Of a stretch of 64,000 nucleotides of DNA, positions 63,821-64,000 are shown one piece after another (the first letter of the stretch is position 1; each line of letters begins with the position of its first letter). The stretch covers positions 36,024,001 to 36,088,000 of the forward strand of contig NC_086108.1 of NCBI RefSeq assembly GCF_963921235.1, in the 5' to 3' direction. Position numbers and translations under genes: made by a program. The stretch is from Mobula hypostoma (taxonomy: Eukaryota). The notes under the pieces are model-generated. The model had not been told where the DNA came from and made no database searches. It saw nothing but the letters and a program-made list of their open reading frames with translations.

Positions 63821-64000
63821 CAAGTTTCAGAAAGAGTTGAAAGATTTTCAGGGAAAGTTTTAAAACTTTTCTAAAACACAACAAATAACACAATTGTTAT
63901 TCTACTTAACTTGATTTGAATGTGAAAATATGAATTAATTGTAGTATAGTTCATTTGCATCAGTGGGACATTATGATATGTTTCTGAACCTGCATATTAT

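Noticed and set aside
1..64000. CRISPR arrays, rRNA genes or prokaryotic operons
   Set aside because: The window is intron-containing vertebrate DNA, and I saw no repeat-spacer periodicity or rRNA signatures.

Overview
This is vertebrate genomic DNA, AT-rich and dominated by transposable elements. The repeat types (CR1, several fish-type L1 families, Rex/Babar, Penelope-like, tRNA-SINE) suggest a cartilaginous fish, probably a ray or skate; this is an inference. Two host genes lie tail-to-tail, as at the human RO60-GLRX2 locus. RO60/TROVE2 is on the + strand: seven coding exons run from 13118 to the stop at 42217, and the first coding exon lies upstream of the window. GLRX2 is on the - strand: three coding exons at 57239-53311 give a predicted 129-aa CPYC glutaredoxin. 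The introns and intergenic DNA contain nested retroelements, many with readable target-site duplications (TSDs). These include two full-length decayed L1s, the 5' part of a third L1 family, truncated L1 copies, CR1s, Rex/Babar elements, Penelope-like elements, two Tigger-like MITEs and two solo LTRs. The most notable observations are: (1) the predicted GLRX2 has an N-terminal MGxxxS myristoylation motif, a C-terminal CaaL prenylation box (CILL*) and lacks both cysteines of the mammalian structural disulfide, which suggests a doubly lipidated, membrane-anchored glutaredoxin; (2) Penelope-derived repeats carry minimal hammerhead ribozyme motifs, one with an intact core in the sense orientation inside an RO60 intron; (3) a GTARGAC motif sits at +26/+27 in three otherwise dissimilar L1 5' ends; (4) an 87-nt, stop-free, in-frame intron lies at the RO60 TROVE/vWA junction.
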